A DNA stretch of 64,000 bases from an uncultured Bacilli bacterium (GTDB lineage Bacteria; Bacillota_I; Bacilli_A; RF39; UBA660): contig CAKOXL010000003.1 in assembly GCA_934130105.1 (NCBI GenBank), positions 2,406 to 66,405 of the forward strand, written 5' to 3'. A program made the position numbers and the translations under genes. The notes beneath the pieces were generated by a model that saw only the letters and a list, made by a program, of their open reading frames with translations, had not been told where the DNA came from and did not search any database. Positions 1 to 8,033 of the stretch are shown here, one piece after another; the first letter of the stretch is position 1, and the number at the start of each line of letters is the position of its first letter.

Positions 1-1
1 A

Positions 2-316
2 AAAGTTCAAATATCACTTGCAGAACAAGCAATTCCTATTCCTAATGTTGATGTATTAATAGAAAAAAAGGTATCTAATTTAACACTTAATTTCTTTGAA
101 GGACTAACTGATGGAAGTGGTACTATTTCTAATATCGATTTACCTGCACCAGTCATTAAAGATAAAGATGAACCAGAATATGTAATGTATCAATTAATAG
201 TTAAACATCCTAATTACGTAGGACCTACTACTTTTCAAATACCAATATATAGTGGACAAAAAATGATTCAATATATAACGCTAGTACCTAAACGTAAGGA
301 GAATAATAATGGATAG
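2..316 (+). CDS. 3' end of a gene that starts outside the window (about 104 C-terminal aa). Product unknown, possibly a carboxypeptidase-regulatory-like beta-sandwich protein.
   Basis: My own translation of frame 2 is open from position 2 to TAG at 314-316 (...FEGLTDGSGTISNIDLPAP...HPNYVGPTTFQIPIYSGQKMIQYITLVPKRKENNNG*). It overlaps the next ATG by 8 nt, which suggests operon coupling. It is absent from the ORF track because it has no start codon. Confidence 0.5.
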   Translation, partial: KVQISLAEQAIPIPNVDVLIEKKVSNLTLNFFEGLTDGSGTISNIDLPAPVIKDKDEPEYVMYQLIVKHPNYVGPTTFQIPIYSGQKMIQYITLVPKRKENNNG

Positions 317-1661
317 AGCAACTGTTTTAGAACCATTTATACCTACTCAAATAATTGTTCACTTAGGAAAGCCAGATGAAAATGCAAGAAATGTTAGAAT
401 CCCCTTCATAAATTACATCAAAAATGTTGCTAGTAGTGAAATATATCCAACTTGGCCTGAAAATGCTTTAAGAGCTAATATTATAGCTATTATTACATTT
501 ACTTTAAATAGAATTTATAATGAATGGTATCCTAGTAAGGGTTATTCTTTTGATATAACAAGCTTACCTAGTTATGATCAAACATTCGTTGAAAATAGAA
601 CTTTATTTGAAACCATTACACAGATTGTGGATGAAATCTTTAATAATTATGTTGTAAAAGACGGCCAAATACAACCTTATTTTACTAAATATTGTGATGG
701 AAAAAATACTATTTGTGAAGGTTTATCCCAATGGGGTACTGTAACACTTGCTAAACAAGGAAAAACACCTCTTCAAATTTTAGAATATTATTATGGTGAT
801 GATATCAAAATTATTACTAATGCCAAAACACTAGAGCCTATTGCTTCATATCCAGGTGTTCCACTAAAATTAGGAGATGCTAGAGAAGAAATTAGAATAA
901 TACAACGTGAGTTAAATGCTATTCATCAAAATTATCCACTGCTCCCAATTATTGATCCTGTTAATTTATTTTTTACCGTAGAAACAGAAAATACAGTTCA
1001 AAAATTTCAAGAAATATTCAACTTACCAATAACAGGCATTATTGATAAAGCCACATGGTACAAAATAAAATATATCTATAATAGTGTTAAAAAAGTATAT
1101 GATTTATATACTGAAGGTATTAAATTAGACGAAGTACAAATTAAATATAGTACTGAATTAAAGCATGGTGATAACGGCCAAGAAGTACAGGTATTACATT
1201 ATTTTCTAGGTGTAATATCATACTTTGATGATGAATTACCACTTTTAAGTGTTGATTCTGTATATACAGATAATACTGAACAAATGGTTAAAAACTTTCA
1301 GAAAAAATATAATATAAATGAAACTGGAGTTACAAATCGTGAAACTTGGAATAAAATTTTAGAAGTTTATCAGGATACAATAGATAATATTCCAACATCA
1401 TATAGTGAAGTTGTTGATGAAATTTATCCAGGTAGATTTTTATCACGTGGTATGAGTGGTGATGATGTAAGGATACTACAAAATTATCTTTTAAAAATAT
1501 GTCAAAAATTTCATGATATTCCAGGAGTGCGTGTAACTGGTACATTTGACGAATTAACAGAAAGATCAGTTAAAGTTTTGCAGAAAAGATTCAATCAAGA
1601 AGTAAATGGTGTTGTTGGGCCCGTTACATGGCGTGATATTGTAGAAAGGTCAAAGGAATAA
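309..1661 (+). CDS. SleC-like spore cortex-lytic / peptidoglycan-binding enzyme (SpoIID/LytB-like N-domain plus three PG_binding_1 repeats)
   Basis: The N-terminal IPFINYIKNVASSEIYPTWPENALRANIIAIITFTLNR resembles the SpoIID/LytB domain. Three repeats look like PG_binding_1 (LKLGDAREEIRIIQRELN...TWYKI; LKHGDNGQEVQVLHYFL...TWNKI; LSRGMSGDDVRILQNYL...TWRDI). Confidence 0.65.
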   Translation: MDRATVLEPFIPTQIIVHLGKPDENARNVRIPFINYIKNVASSEIYPTWPENALRANIIAIITFTLNRIYNEWYPSKGYSFDITSLPSYDQTFVENRTLFETITQIVDEIFNNYVVKDGQIQPYFTKYCDGKNTICEGLSQWGTVTLAKQGKTPLQILEYYYGDDIKIITNAKTLEPIASYPGVPLKLGDAREEIRIIQRELNAIHQNYPLLPIIDPVNLFFTVETENTVQKFQEIFNLPITGIIDKATWYKIKYIYNSVKKVYDLYTEGIKLDEVQIKYSTELKHGDNGQEVQVLHYFLGVISYFDDELPLLSVDSVYTDNTEQMVKNFQKKYNINETGVTNRETWNKILEVYQDTIDNIPTSYSEVVDEIYPGRFLSRGMSGDDVRILQNYLLKICQKFHDIPGVRVTGTFDELTERSVKVLQKRFNQEVNGVVGPVTWRDIVERSKE

Positions 1662-1686
1662 TAAAATAAGGGATAACTATAATTAA

Positions 1687-1713
1687 ACACAACCATTAAA
1701 CAAACATATATTA
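1687..1713 (+). promoter_or_regulatory. Candidate mother-cell (sigma-K-type) promoter, AC-N16-CATATATTA
   Basis: AC at 1687-1688, a 16-nt spacer and CATATATTA at 1705-1713, lying 20 nt upstream of the ATG at 1734. This fits the B. subtilis sigma-K consensus AC-N16/17-CATA-N3-TA. The identical 9-mer and spacing recur at 2649-2675. Confidence 0.35.
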
Positions 1714-1733
1714 AAATAGAAAGGAATGATTAT

Positions 1734-2588
1734 ATGTTTGAAGATAATAATAACTGCAAAAAAGATAAATACTGTAAATTACCAAATGGTTGTTATTTAA
1801 TGGGTCCAACTGGTCCTAGAGGACCTAGGGGTCCTGTTACAATTACTGTTAGAAATACAACAACAGGTTTACCTGACACTCAAGCTACTGTTGTAAATAG
1901 TGGTACTAGTGATGATATTATTCTAGATTTCATGATTCCAAGAGGAAGCACTGGACCAACTGGACCAACAGGAAAAACAGGGCCAACAGGCCCTAAGGGT
2001 GATACTGGAGAAAGAGGTATAGCTGGACCAATGGGACCAACTGGTGCTCAAGGAATCCAAGGGCCTCAAGGTTTAAAAGGCGATCAAGGTCCACAAGGAA
2101 TCCCAGGAACACCAGGTGCACCAGGCGCACAAGGGCCAACTGGACCTACTGGACCTAGAGGACCTGCTGGATTTGAATCTATGTTTGGACGTAAATATGA
2201 TAATGCTACTAATACTATTACATTAGAAGCAAATATTGCTCAAACAATCCCACTAGGTAGTACAGGACCAAATTCAGGAATCACAACTGGTACTCAAAAT
2301 GCATTAACTATCACTCAAAGTGGTACTTATCAAATAGATTATTACTTTTCAGGATCAACCAATGTTAATGCTAACGTTACTGTTGAAATAAGTCAAAATC
2401 AAACACCAATTGGTAGTACTACTATCATAAAAGATGTAGAAGCAAACAAAGATACTGACTTCATTGGTAGTTCAATTAATTCTTTTGCAAATGGTGATAA
2501 TATCAGTATGTCAATAGAATCAACATCAGCAGTAACAATATCCCCAACTTCAGGAACAAATGCATATTTAAACATCCACAAATTATAA
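1734..2588 (+). CDS. Collagen-like triple-helix repeat protein, BclA-type exosporium/spore-surface glycoprotein candidate
   Basis: Long uninterrupted G-X-Y run ([76 protein letters not shown]). It is followed by a Thr/Ser/Asn-rich beta-type C-terminal domain of about 125 aa ending YLNIHKL. RBS GAAAGGA. Confidence 0.85.
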   Translation: MFEDNNNCKKDKYCKLPNGCYLMGPTGPRGPRGPVTITVRNTTTGLPDTQATVVNSGTSDDIILDFMIPRGSTGPTGPTGKTGPTGPKGDTGERGIAGPMGPTGAQGIQGPQGLKGDQGPQGIPGTPGAPGAQGPTGPTGPRGPAGFESMFGRKYDNATNTITLEANIAQTIPLGSTGPNSGITTGTQNALTITQSGTYQIDYYFSGSTNVNANVTVEISQNQTPIGSTTIIKDVEANKDTDFIGSSINSFANGDNISMSIESTSAVTISPTSGTNAYLNIHKL

Positions 2589-2601
2589 TATTTTAAAAAA
2601 G

Positions 2602-2633
2602 TAAACGTTTTATAAATAGACGTTTATTTTTTT
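2602..2633 (+). terminator. Rho-independent terminator after the first collagen-like gene
   Basis: Stem TAAACG (2602-2607) pairs with CGTTTA (2621-2626), followed by T7 at 2627-2633. Confidence 0.6.
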
Positions 2634-2648
2634 ATGACATAAAAACAG

Positions 2649-2675
2649 ACGTGATAATAAAAACATCATATATTA
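2649..2675 (+). promoter_or_regulatory. Second candidate sigma-K-type promoter (paralogue of 1687-1713)
   Basis: AC at 2649-2650, a 16-nt spacer and CATATATTA at 2667-2675. The downstream ATAGAAAGGA RBS context is also shared with the first collagen-like gene. Confidence 0.35.
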
Positions 2676-2695
2676 CCATAGAAAGGAGAAAAAGT

Positions 2696-3655
2696 ATGTT
2701 TGAAGGAAAAAATAATTGTTGTAAAAAATGGGAACTTTTAAATTCATGTTACCTACTAGGGCCAACTGGGCCAAGAGGAACATCTGATACTCTAGAAATA
2801 AGAAACACAATAACAGGAGATGTTGGTACAGAAGCTAAAGTAATTGATACTACTGGTGCCCCTCATCATGTATTAGATTTCATAATTCCACAAGGAAAAG
2901 AAGGAACACCTGGTGCTAACTTAAATATTTTAGGCCATTATGATACACTAGATGATTTGAAAAAAGATCACCCTACCGGTCAAAAATATGATGCTTACCT
3001 TGTAGGAAAAGATTTATATATTTGGACAGATACTGGTACTAGTTGGGAAGATGTAGGTCCAATAGAAGGACCACAAGGTGAAAAAGGAGATAAAGGCGAC
3101 AAAGGTGATAAGGGTGATATTGGCCCAACTGGTCCTAAAGGAGATACTAGTTACCCTATCGTTAGTTACCTAGTTACTTTTAATCCAGGCACTAGTGAAG
3201 ATGGTGTTGAAATATTATCAGGTGATAAATTACCAATTGATAGAAAAGAAATAGATATTACGAATTTAGTAACATTAGATAAAGAAAATAAAACTATCAA
3301 ATTTAATAGAATCGGGTATTATAAAGTCGTTTTTGTTGCTTCTGCTTACACTCAAGCAACTGATATTGAATTTAACCCCCACCGTGACTTTGTATCTTTA
3401 GGCTTTGGTACTAGTAGCGATATTATCTATATTGGTGCTAGTGAATGGGTGTATGATGAAACAGCTACTCAAATAATAGGTCAAGGGGTTATAGCTGTTG
3501 ATAACACAGATAATGTTTATTCTTTAATGAATGTTGGAAAATACACCATTTACTTAAATACTCCTGATATTTTAGATATTAATTCTCACTCTTATTTTAC
3601 CAATTCCCTACTCACTATTACGGTAGAATATTTAGGAAAACAAACTAGTGAATAA
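2696..3655 (+). CDS. Collagen-like repeat protein (short G-X-Y tracts) with a large non-collagen C-terminal domain
   Basis: I chose the ATG at 2696 (RBS GAAAGGAG, N-terminus MFEGKNNCC... parallel to MFEDNNNCK... of the first gene) rather than the track's GTG at 2651, which lies in the putative promoter. G-X-Y tracts are GPTGPRG and GPQGEKGDKGDKGDKGDIGPTGPKGD. Confidence 0.8.
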   Translation: MFEGKNNCCKKWELLNSCYLLGPTGPRGTSDTLEIRNTITGDVGTEAKVIDTTGAPHHVLDFIIPQGKEGTPGANLNILGHYDTLDDLKKDHPTGQKYDAYLVGKDLYIWTDTGTSWEDVGPIEGPQGEKGDKGDKGDKGDIGPTGPKGDTSYPIVSYLVTFNPGTSEDGVEILSGDKLPIDRKEIDITNLVTLDKENKTIKFNRIGYYKVVFVASAYTQATDIEFNPHRDFVSLGFGTSSDIIYIGASEWVYDETATQIIGQGVIAVDNTDNVYSLMNVGKYTIYLNTPDILDINSHSYFTNSLLTITVEYLGKQTSE

Positions 3656-3696
3656 TATATAACAGCAAACTAACATAGAATAAACTGAGGTGAAAA

Positions 3697-4791
3697 ATGA
3701 AAAAATATAAAGTATGCGTATATGCTATCTGTAAAAACGAAGAAAAATTTATAGAACGTTGGGTAGAATCAATGAAGGAAGCTGATGAAATATACGTTTT
3801 AGATACTGGTTCAACTGATAATAGTATAAAATTATTAAAAAAATTAGGCGTAAATGTCAAAAAGAAAACATTTAAGCAATGGCGATTTGATAAAGCTAGA
3901 AATTTATCTTTAAAAATGGTACCTAAAGATACTGATATTTGTGTATGCACTGATATTGATGAAACGTTTGACAGTGGTTGGCGTGAAAAATTAGAAAATG
4001 CCTGGGAAAAAGGAAAAACCAATAGACTCTTATACACTTATAATTGGAGTCTTGATAAAAACAACAATCCACTAGTAACATTTTATACAGAAAAAATTCA
4101 TAGTAGAAATGATTATATATGGACACATCCAGTTCATGAGGTATTAACATACATTGGTAAAAATCAAGAAGAAACAAAGACCGTAGATGAAATAGTACTT
4201 AATCATTATCCTGACTTGAAAAAATCAAGAAGCAATTATTTAGAATTATTAGAGCTATCAGTCAAAGAAGATCCAAATGATGATAGAAATACGCATTACC
4301 TAGGTCGAGAATATATGTATCATGAAAAATGGAATGAGGCAATTGATACATTAATAAAACATTTATCATTAAAAAAAGCCACATGGAAGGATGAAAGATG
4401 TGCATCAATGAGATTTATTGCAAGATGTTATGAAAAATTAAAAAGATATGATGAAGCTAAAATGTGGCTAGATAAAGCAATATTAGAATCACCATACTTA
4501 AGAGATCCATACATGGAAAGAGCCATTCTAGAATATAATTTAGGAAACTATGAAGAAGTAGAAAAATATTGTTTAATGGCATTAAAAATAAATACCCATG
4601 AAAAAACTTATATAAATGAAGTTTTTAGTTGGAATAATACCGTTTATGACCTACTATCTTTGTGTTATTTTTACAAAAACGATCTAGAAAAAGCTATTTT
4701 TTATTTAAATATAGCGCTAGAAATGGAGCCAAATAATAAAAGGCTTAAAAATAACCTAAAAATAATGAAAAATATGATTAAAAATAATTAA
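3697..4791 (+). CDS. Family-2-like glycosyltransferase with C-terminal TPR repeats
   Basis: N-terminal VYAICKNEEKFIERWVESMKEADEIYVLDTGSTDNS...CTDIDE is a GT-A/GT2-type motif with a DxD-like element. The C-terminal half has TPR-like repeats (YLGREYMYHEKWNEAIDTLIKHL, ARCYEKLKRYDEAKMWLDKAI, EYNLGNYEEVEKYCLMAL, CYFYKNDLEKAIFYLNIALEMEPNN). It is embedded between collagen-like genes. Confidence 0.7.
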   Translation: MKKYKVCVYAICKNEEKFIERWVESMKEADEIYVLDTGSTDNSIKLLKKLGVNVKKKTFKQWRFDKARNLSLKMVPKDTDICVCTDIDETFDSGWREKLENAWEKGKTNRLLYTYNWSLDKNNNPLVTFYTEKIHSRNDYIWTHPVHEVLTYIGKNQEETKTVDEIVLNHYPDLKKSRSNYLELLELSVKEDPNDDRNTHYLGREYMYHEKWNEAIDTLIKHLSLKKATWKDERCASMRFIARCYEKLKRYDEAKMWLDKAILESPYLRDPYMERAILEYNLGNYEEVEKYCLMALKINTHEKTYINEVFSWNNTVYDLLSLCYFYKNDLEKAIFYLNIALEMEPNNKRLKNNLKIMKNMIKNN

Positions 4792-4845
4792 TACCATGTT
4801 GAATGTTAATTACCAAAATATATATTTATAAAGGAGAATCAAACC

Positions 4846-5433
4846 ATGAATAGATATCCAAGTTCAAACTGTTACCATATTATTAATGGAGCAACAGGTC
4901 CAATAGGGCCAACCGGACCAACTGGGCCTATTGGGCCAACAGGTATAACTGGGCCAACTGGACCTATCGGCCCTACCGGTGTAACAGGCCCTACTGGCCC
5001 TAGCGGTGAAGCATTTACTAAGGAATTCGCACATAAATATAACGATGAAGGCGATACCTTAGAACTAACAGCTAACATACCACATCAAGTTAGTTTAAAT
5101 ATTTCGGGTGAAGCATCAGGGATAACTGTAAATCTAGAAAACAGTATGATTATTAATTCATTTGGAACCTATAAAATTGAATATTTTTTCTCTGGATCTA
5201 TTTCTGATAATGCTGCATTAGTAGTTGAAGTAGATAATAATGATGTATCAATAAATGGAACTGAAATAAGTAAAGATGTAATTGTAAACACTGATACTGA
5301 TTTTCAAGGCGCCGTTATTGTTGTTGCTAATCCAAAGGATATTATAGATATGAAAGTTAGAGCTAATAAAAATGTAACTTTAACCCCTGCCCCAGACCTA
5401 AATGCATATTTAATAATAACAAAGTTGATATAA
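4846..5433 (+). CDS. Short collagen-like BclA-type protein (GPT/GPI repeats plus beta-type C-terminal domain)
   Basis: [41 protein letters not shown] is followed by a C-terminal domain alignable to that of 1734-2588 ([13 protein letters not shown] vs SGTYQIDYYFSGS; NAYLIITKL vs NAYLNIHKL). RBS AAGGAG. Confidence 0.85.
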   Translation: MNRYPSSNCYHIINGATGPIGPTGPTGPIGPTGITGPTGPIGPTGVTGPTGPSGEAFTKEFAHKYNDEGDTLELTANIPHQVSLNISGEASGITVNLENSMIINSFGTYKIEYFFSGSISDNAALVVEVDNNDVSINGTEISKDVIVNTDTDFQGAVIVVANPKDIIDMKVRANKNVTLTPAPDLNAYLIITKLI

Positions 5434-5484
5434 ATATTAAAAATTTAGGTTTAAATAAAATCTCTCAAAACAAAATTATAAACA

Positions 5485-5516
5485 AAAAAGATTCGTGTTT
5501 TTATTACGAATCTTTT
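5485..5516. terminator. Bidirectional rho-independent terminator between the plus-strand collagen cluster and minus-strand tRNA-His
   Basis: Stem AAAAGATTCGT (5485-5495) pairs with ACGAATCTTTT (5505-5515). A/T runs lie on both sides. Confidence 0.7.
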
Positions 5517-5528
5517 TATTAACAAATA

Positions 5529-5605
5529 TGGGGCGGAATATGGGGATCGAACCCATGCATACCGGAGCCACAATCCGGCGTGTTAACCACTTCACCAATA
5601 CCGCC
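5529..5605 (-). tRNA. tRNA-His: tRNA-His (anticodon GTG)
   Basis: The reverse complement is GGCGGTATTGGTGAAGTGGTTAACACGCCGGATTGTGGCTCCGGTATGCATGGGTTCGATCCCCATATTCCGCCCCA. It has the extra 5' G typical of tRNA-His, anticodon loop TTGTGGC, T-loop GGTTCGATCC and an encoded CCA. Confidence 0.9.
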
Positions 5606-5714
5606 ATCAATGTATTAATTATTTAACTAAAAAATACATTCTTATTTTACCAACAAAATTTTCTTTTTGCAATACCTTTTTACTTATTTTAAATAAATAT
5701 CACACAATAAACAT

Positions 5715-6812
5715 TTATTTTACAACATAAGGATCATTTTCTGTACCAGTACCCTTTGAATATAAAACATCACTTGCTAAATGAACAACAGGTCTAATGT
5801 ATCCAGTAGAACTTGCTCTTGTAATAGTTACAGTACCATCTAGAGAAACTTTAAATACCTTATAAGTATTACTAGCATCACCAGTTAACAACCACCAATT
5901 AAAATTATAAACATCTAAATAATTATAATTAGAACAACTATCCGTCATAGCTGAATTACAGTTCTCATCAATACTTGCATTAATATAATCATATAAAGGC
6001 AATAAACCAATATATTGACTTTCTAAAAGTTGACTTTTTTCTATAGAACCATCATTATAAACATCTGCTTCATTACGTTTTCCAATACTTAAATCATATA
6101 AAGATAACATCTTTTTAGCACTATCACTAAGTAATGTGTTTTTACTATAAATATCATCAATAGAATCTCTAATTCTACTAACAGAATAATCATTAATACC
6201 ATCATTTCTATCACGATCAGCATTAAAACGATCATCCCAAGTAACAGAAGTTAATTTTTCATTTAATATTAAAACTACTTGATCACCACTAATTTTAACT
6301 ATTCTCCACATCTTTCCGCTAAAGTTAACATAGTTATTAGGATCTTGACCCTTAAACACTAATTCACCATTTTCTTCATATAACCCTTGTCCTGTATAAA
6401 CTATATTTTCATGATCTTTAATATATGAAGACAATGTCTTTGTAACATAACTACTACCACAATCTAATATTGGAGTATAACGATATTCTCCACCAACATA
6501 ACTTACTATAACAGTAGCACTACAACTAGCACCTTTCATGCTCTTAGTAAGTTCACTCATACTTTTTAAATATCCAGCTTGAGTCAAAGAAACATCTGTA
6601 GTTGAAACTTGTTCATTACCATCTTTAGGAAGAAGTTCAGTATGGTCAGAATAATATGCTTTTGCAGCATTTAATACTTTATTCTCTATACTCTTATAAC
6701 TAGTTTTTCCAAAAATAGAATTATAAATTAACAATATAATTATAATTAGTAAAACAACAACTACACAACCGCAAGATATCATTATTAATTTCTTTTTACC
6801 TAAATTTTTCAT
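5715..6812 (-). CDS. Hypothetical membrane-anchored extracytoplasmic protein
   Basis: ATG at 6812 preceded by AAGGAG. There is a single N-terminal TM segment (LIMISCGCVVVVLLIIIILLIY) and then a soluble domain of about 330 aa. I recognise no catalytic motif. Confidence 0.55.
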   Translation of the reverse strand: MKNLGKKKLIMISCGCVVVVLLIIIILLIYNSIFGKTSYKSIENKVLNAAKAYYSDHTELLPKDGNEQVSTTDVSLTQAGYLKSMSELTKSMKGASCSATVIVSYVGGEYRYTPILDCGSSYVTKTLSSYIKDHENIVYTGQGLYEENGELVFKGQDPNNYVNFSGKMWRIVKISGDQVVLILNEKLTSVTWDDRFNADRDRNDGINDYSVSRIRDSIDDIYSKNTLLSDSAKKMLSLYDLSIGKRNEADVYNDGSIEKSQLLESQYIGLLPLYDYINASIDENCNSAMTDSCSNYNYLDVYNFNWWLLTGDASNTYKVFKVSLDGTVTITRASSTGYIRPVVHLASDVLYSKGTGTENDPYVVK

Positions 6813-6935
6813 ACATATCTCCTTCATAAATCATACACCAATTATAACAAACTATTTTTTTTAATTCAATACTTTTACCCCTATAAAAATAGACATTTTA
6901 ACCATCATACATAAAAAAAGAAGCATAAATACTTC

Positions 6936-7502
6936 TTATCTAGCTTGTGGTAAATTTTCTTTATAATAATCATATAATTCTTTAAATCTAGCAAAATGTA
7001 CTATCTCACGTTGTCTTAGCCATAATAATGGTCCAATTATATCAGGATCATCAGTTAAATCAATCAAACTTTCATATACAGCACGTGCTTTTTCTTCTGC
7101 TGCCATATCTTCACTTAAATCGGCAAGTGCATCACCAGTTGTTGCAAAATATGTTACTGTAAATGGTACTCCACTTGCATCTACTGGATAAACAGCATTT
7201 TTATGTTCAGCATAGTGACTAGCTAAACCAGCTTCCTTCATCTCTTCAGGTGTTGCACCTTTCATTAATTGATATAACATTGCACAAATTATTTCAATAT
7301 GAGCTAACTCTTCTGTGCCTATATCAGTTAAAAGAGCTTTTCCTCTATTATCTGGCATTGTATATCTTTGATTTAAATAACGAAGAGCTGCACCCAATTC
7401 ACCACCAAAGCCACCATACTGAGTTACTAACTGTTTAGCAAAGGCTAAATTCTTTTTCTTAATTGAAACAGGATACTGTAATCTTTTTTCATATGCCCAC
7501 AT
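6936..7502 (-). CDS. cotJC: Spore coat protein CotJC (manganese-catalase/ferritin-like family)
   Basis: MWAYEKRLQYPVSIKKKNLAFAKQLVTQYGGFGGELGAALRYLNQRYTMP...TEELAHIEII is the characteristic CotJC N-terminus. I chose the start at 7502, which directly abuts the cotJB stop at 7504. Confidence 0.85.
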   Translation of the reverse strand: MWAYEKRLQYPVSIKKKNLAFAKQLVTQYGGFGGELGAALRYLNQRYTMPDNRGKALLTDIGTEELAHIEIICAMLYQLMKGATPEEMKEAGLASHYAEHKNAVYPVDASGVPFTVTYFATTGDALADLSEDMAAEEKARAVYESLIDLTDDPDIIGPLLWLRQREIVHFARFKELYDYYKENLPQAR

Positions 7503-7503
7503 C

Positions 7504-7950
7504 TTACATTTCCTCCATTTCCCATGGCCAAGCATACGCTTCCCAACTAAAGTCATTAGTATTAGATGGACTATCCGCTAAAATAGGCCCATACTTTCTT
7601 TCATATGCTTTTATAGCATCACTTGCCTTCTTCTGATAATCATTATATAAATTAATCATTCCCGTATCATTAGGATAAATATCTAAATAAAGTTTTACCT
7701 CATGAGCTGCAAAAGTTGTTTGATTAACATTTAATAATAATTCTGCTTGCTCATTATTAGGAATTAGTTTAGATGGTTGATAATTTAAATATTGATCATA
7801 TAAATTATTAAATAAATTACCTTTTATATATCCTTCATACATAGGCATTATGTTGCTATCAGATATACCTGTCTGATTTGGCATCATCATATTATTAAAT
7901 ATATTCATATCAGGATAGCCAAAATCATTAAAATTCATATTATTATTCAT
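7504..7950 (-). CDS. cotJB: CotJB spore coat protein with an N-terminal CotJA-like segment (apparent CotJA-CotJB fusion)
   Basis: The C-terminal half (HEVKLYLDIYPNDTGMINLYNDYQKKASDAIKAYERKYGPI...WEAYAWPWEME) matches my recollection of the CotJB pattern (LYLD.HP.D...YGPL...PWPWE). The N-terminal EGYIKGNLFNNLYDQY resembles the CotJA EAL..GTLWP.LY.PY motif. RBS GAGGAGAG. Confidence 0.7.
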   Translation of the reverse strand: MNNNMNFNDFGYPDMNIFNNMMMPNQTGISDSNIMPMYEGYIKGNLFNNLYDQYLNYQPSKLIPNNEQAELLLNVNQTTFAAHEVKLYLDIYPNDTGMINLYNDYQKKASDAIKAYERKYGPILADSPSNTNDFSWEAYAWPWEMEEM

Positions 7951-8009
7951 AAAATCTCTCCTCTAGTTTAGTTTATGACTTACTAACTATAAGGACTGGG
8001 CAAAAGCAC

Positions 8010-8033
8010 AAAAAAACTACCTTTAAGAGGTAG
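8010..8033 (-). terminator. Rho-independent terminator overlapping the AAA+ gene stop codon
   Basis: Minus strand reads CTACCT-CTTAA-AGGTAG followed by T7. The stop codon sits in the loop. Confidence 0.6.

Noticed and set aside
2651-2695. GTG start at 2651 for the second collagen-like gene, as given in the ORF track
   Set aside because: The extra 15 codons would overlap the AC-N16-CATATATTA promoter-like element. The ATG at 2696 has a strong RBS and gives an N-terminus parallel to the paralogue at 1734.
4872-5078. Minus-strand ORF of 68 aa (GPVGPV repeats) opposite the collagen-like gene
   Set aside because: It is an antisense reading of the GGN CCN repeat DNA. It has no RBS, and the plus-strand gene has a full RBS, G-X-Y tract and conserved C-terminal domain.
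5434-5714. Switch from plus-strand genes (1-5433) to minus-strand genes (5529 onward) as a replication terminus or dif region
   Set aside because: Only about 5 kb of plus-strand genes are visible. I could not find a dif-like XerCD site by eye, and strand compositional skew cannot be separated from coding-strand purine bias without computation. It is probably just a local convergent junction with a bidirectional terminator.
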